A stretch of 63,059 nucleotides of DNA, the filler included, from Stramenopiles sp. TOSAG23-3 (taxonomy: Eukaryota), in assembly GCA_900128585.1 (NCBI GenBank). It is 10 parts of 10 records of this genome, joined end to end, with 100 filler letters (N's around TTAATTAATTAA, not from the genome) between each part and the next. Parts side by side here need not be neighbours in the genome. Positions count along the whole stretch, not along the records: positions 61,974 to 63,059 come from LT646519.1; 9 more parts are not named here. One strand, written 5' to 3'. The position numbers and the translations under genes are program-made. The notes under the pieces are model-generated. The model saw only the letters and a list, made by a program, of their open reading frames with translations, was not told the origin of the DNA and did no database searches. This document shows, piece by piece, positions 61,976 to 63,059 of this stretch; the stretch's first letter is position 1, and each line of letters opens with the position of its first letter.

Positions 61976-63059
61976 AAGACCTACCTGGCGGCGCACCACT
62001 CCGCCGCGACAGTCCAGAATAATCAGGGGAAGACCCCCCTGCAGGCACTATGCGGAAACCAGCGGGCCACCAAAGAAATGGTCTTCTCGTACATAAATGC
62101 GCATCCAGAGCACGTAACGGAGGCACGGTCGGTGTCTGACGAAGGCCGCACAGCCCTTCATTACCTTGCTGCGAACAAGCACCAAGGAACCGTCGATGTA
62201 GCGAAGGCGCTCCTCAACGAGAACAACTCTGCATTGAACCTCGTCGATGCCCAAGGCAGAACGCCGTTGATTTGCTCATTCGAACAGAATATGCACAAAC
62301 CTGTGGAAAAATCAAGCAAGCTGTTCAAGTACTTGTTAAAAAAAAGTTCCATGGCGCCGCCGGACGATGAGTTCGGCAACAACCAATTGCACATAGTTTT
62401 GTGGTGCTTGGCACGCACGACCATCAGCGCGGAGACTGCCCATAGTCTGGTGAGCGATTTGATTGCGCTAAACCCTTCTTTAGTCCTCCAAACAAACCGA
62501 GTCGGGGTGTCCCCCGCTGGAATGGCTGAAAGCTGTTTCTCAAAAAAAATACAGAAGATGGTAAAAAAGGCCGTTGAGGAGTCCGTGTCGAAGGAGCTTC
62601 CCGACGACGCATTGAATTTGCTCGAAACTTTAAATGCGCAGAAAAAAAAGAAGAAGAAGAAACTGAAAAAGTCGAAAAGCAAACTGCGCGTAAACCCTTT
62701 TCGCGACCCACCGCCAAATTACGATACCATGCCGCAACACGAAAAAGAAGCGAAGCGAGTCTTTTATTTGCTCCATGAAATACTGGAAGCTCGCCACGAA
62801 AGGCCCATCATTATGTTCTATCGCCTTGATGAGGACAAGTCTGGAACAGTGACAAAAGAAGAGCTTCGAAAAGGCCTTTCGGGTTTGGAACCGCCGATCA
62901 AGATTTCAAGACGCCAGGCATCGTGCATATTCAAAATGTTGGATACCGACGGCGGCGGGGACTTGTCGTACAGAGAGATTGCGCGCGAAATTAAGAAAGT
63001 CAGTCGGTACAAGAAACCACCAGCAGCAACTGAGGAAGAGCTGGCAATGCAAAAACAAG
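61976..63059 (+). CDS. Ankyrin-repeat plus EF-hand protein, partial at both ends (absent from the ORF track)
   Basis: Frame open throughout: NNQGKTPLQ, DEGRTALHYLA, DAQGRTPL, DEFGNNQLH; EF loops DEDKSGTVTKEE and DTDGGGDLSYRE. Confidence 0.88.

Noticed and set aside
1-63059. tRNA, rRNA or snRNA genes
   Set aside because: None recognised by eye; a tRNAscan-SE or Infernal run would be needed to exclude them.

Overview
This window is not one locus. It holds ten unrelated contigs joined by nine artificial 100-nt spacers (44 N + TTAATTAATTAA + 44 N) and sorted by decreasing length (6797, 6796, 6787, 6785, 6781, 6780, 6770, 6761 nt for the complete ones), so adjacency across spacers means nothing. 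Nine contigs look like the nuclear genome of an intron-poor unicellular eukaryote, with AT-rich, microsatellite-rich intergenic DNA; a heterotrophic flagellate, perhaps a stramenopile, is my inference. They encode a tenascin-like EGF protein, a YWTD/IPT protein, a GT4 glycosyltransferase, an importin-beta, DUF3712-like, CmcJ/AsaB-like, DUF2828, AnmK, DnaJ, a nucleotidyltransferase, PTPS-III, DJ-1-like, a metallophosphoesterase, a PQQ-like propeller, FAM184 and an ankyrin/EF-hand protein. A selenocysteine glutathione peroxidase (in-frame TGA, 77-nt intron, SECIS) appears in the ORF track only as its second exon. Contig 27597-34381 is different and looks like a large-DNA-virus segment, possibly endogenous. 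It has short ORFans, a RING protein, an HNH/EndoVII-like nuclease, one frameshifted gene, palindromic repeat arrays and a recurrent promoter-like motif. It also carries the top finding: a PhyH-like Fe(II)/2OG dioxygenase whose core strands appear rearranged, so the distal His lies upstream of the HxD motif. Other notable items are a PLANTKAP-like importin outside plants, a dispersed repeat family in gene 3' flanks, and a MITE-like foldback. All family assignments come from motif recognition by eye; no searches were run.
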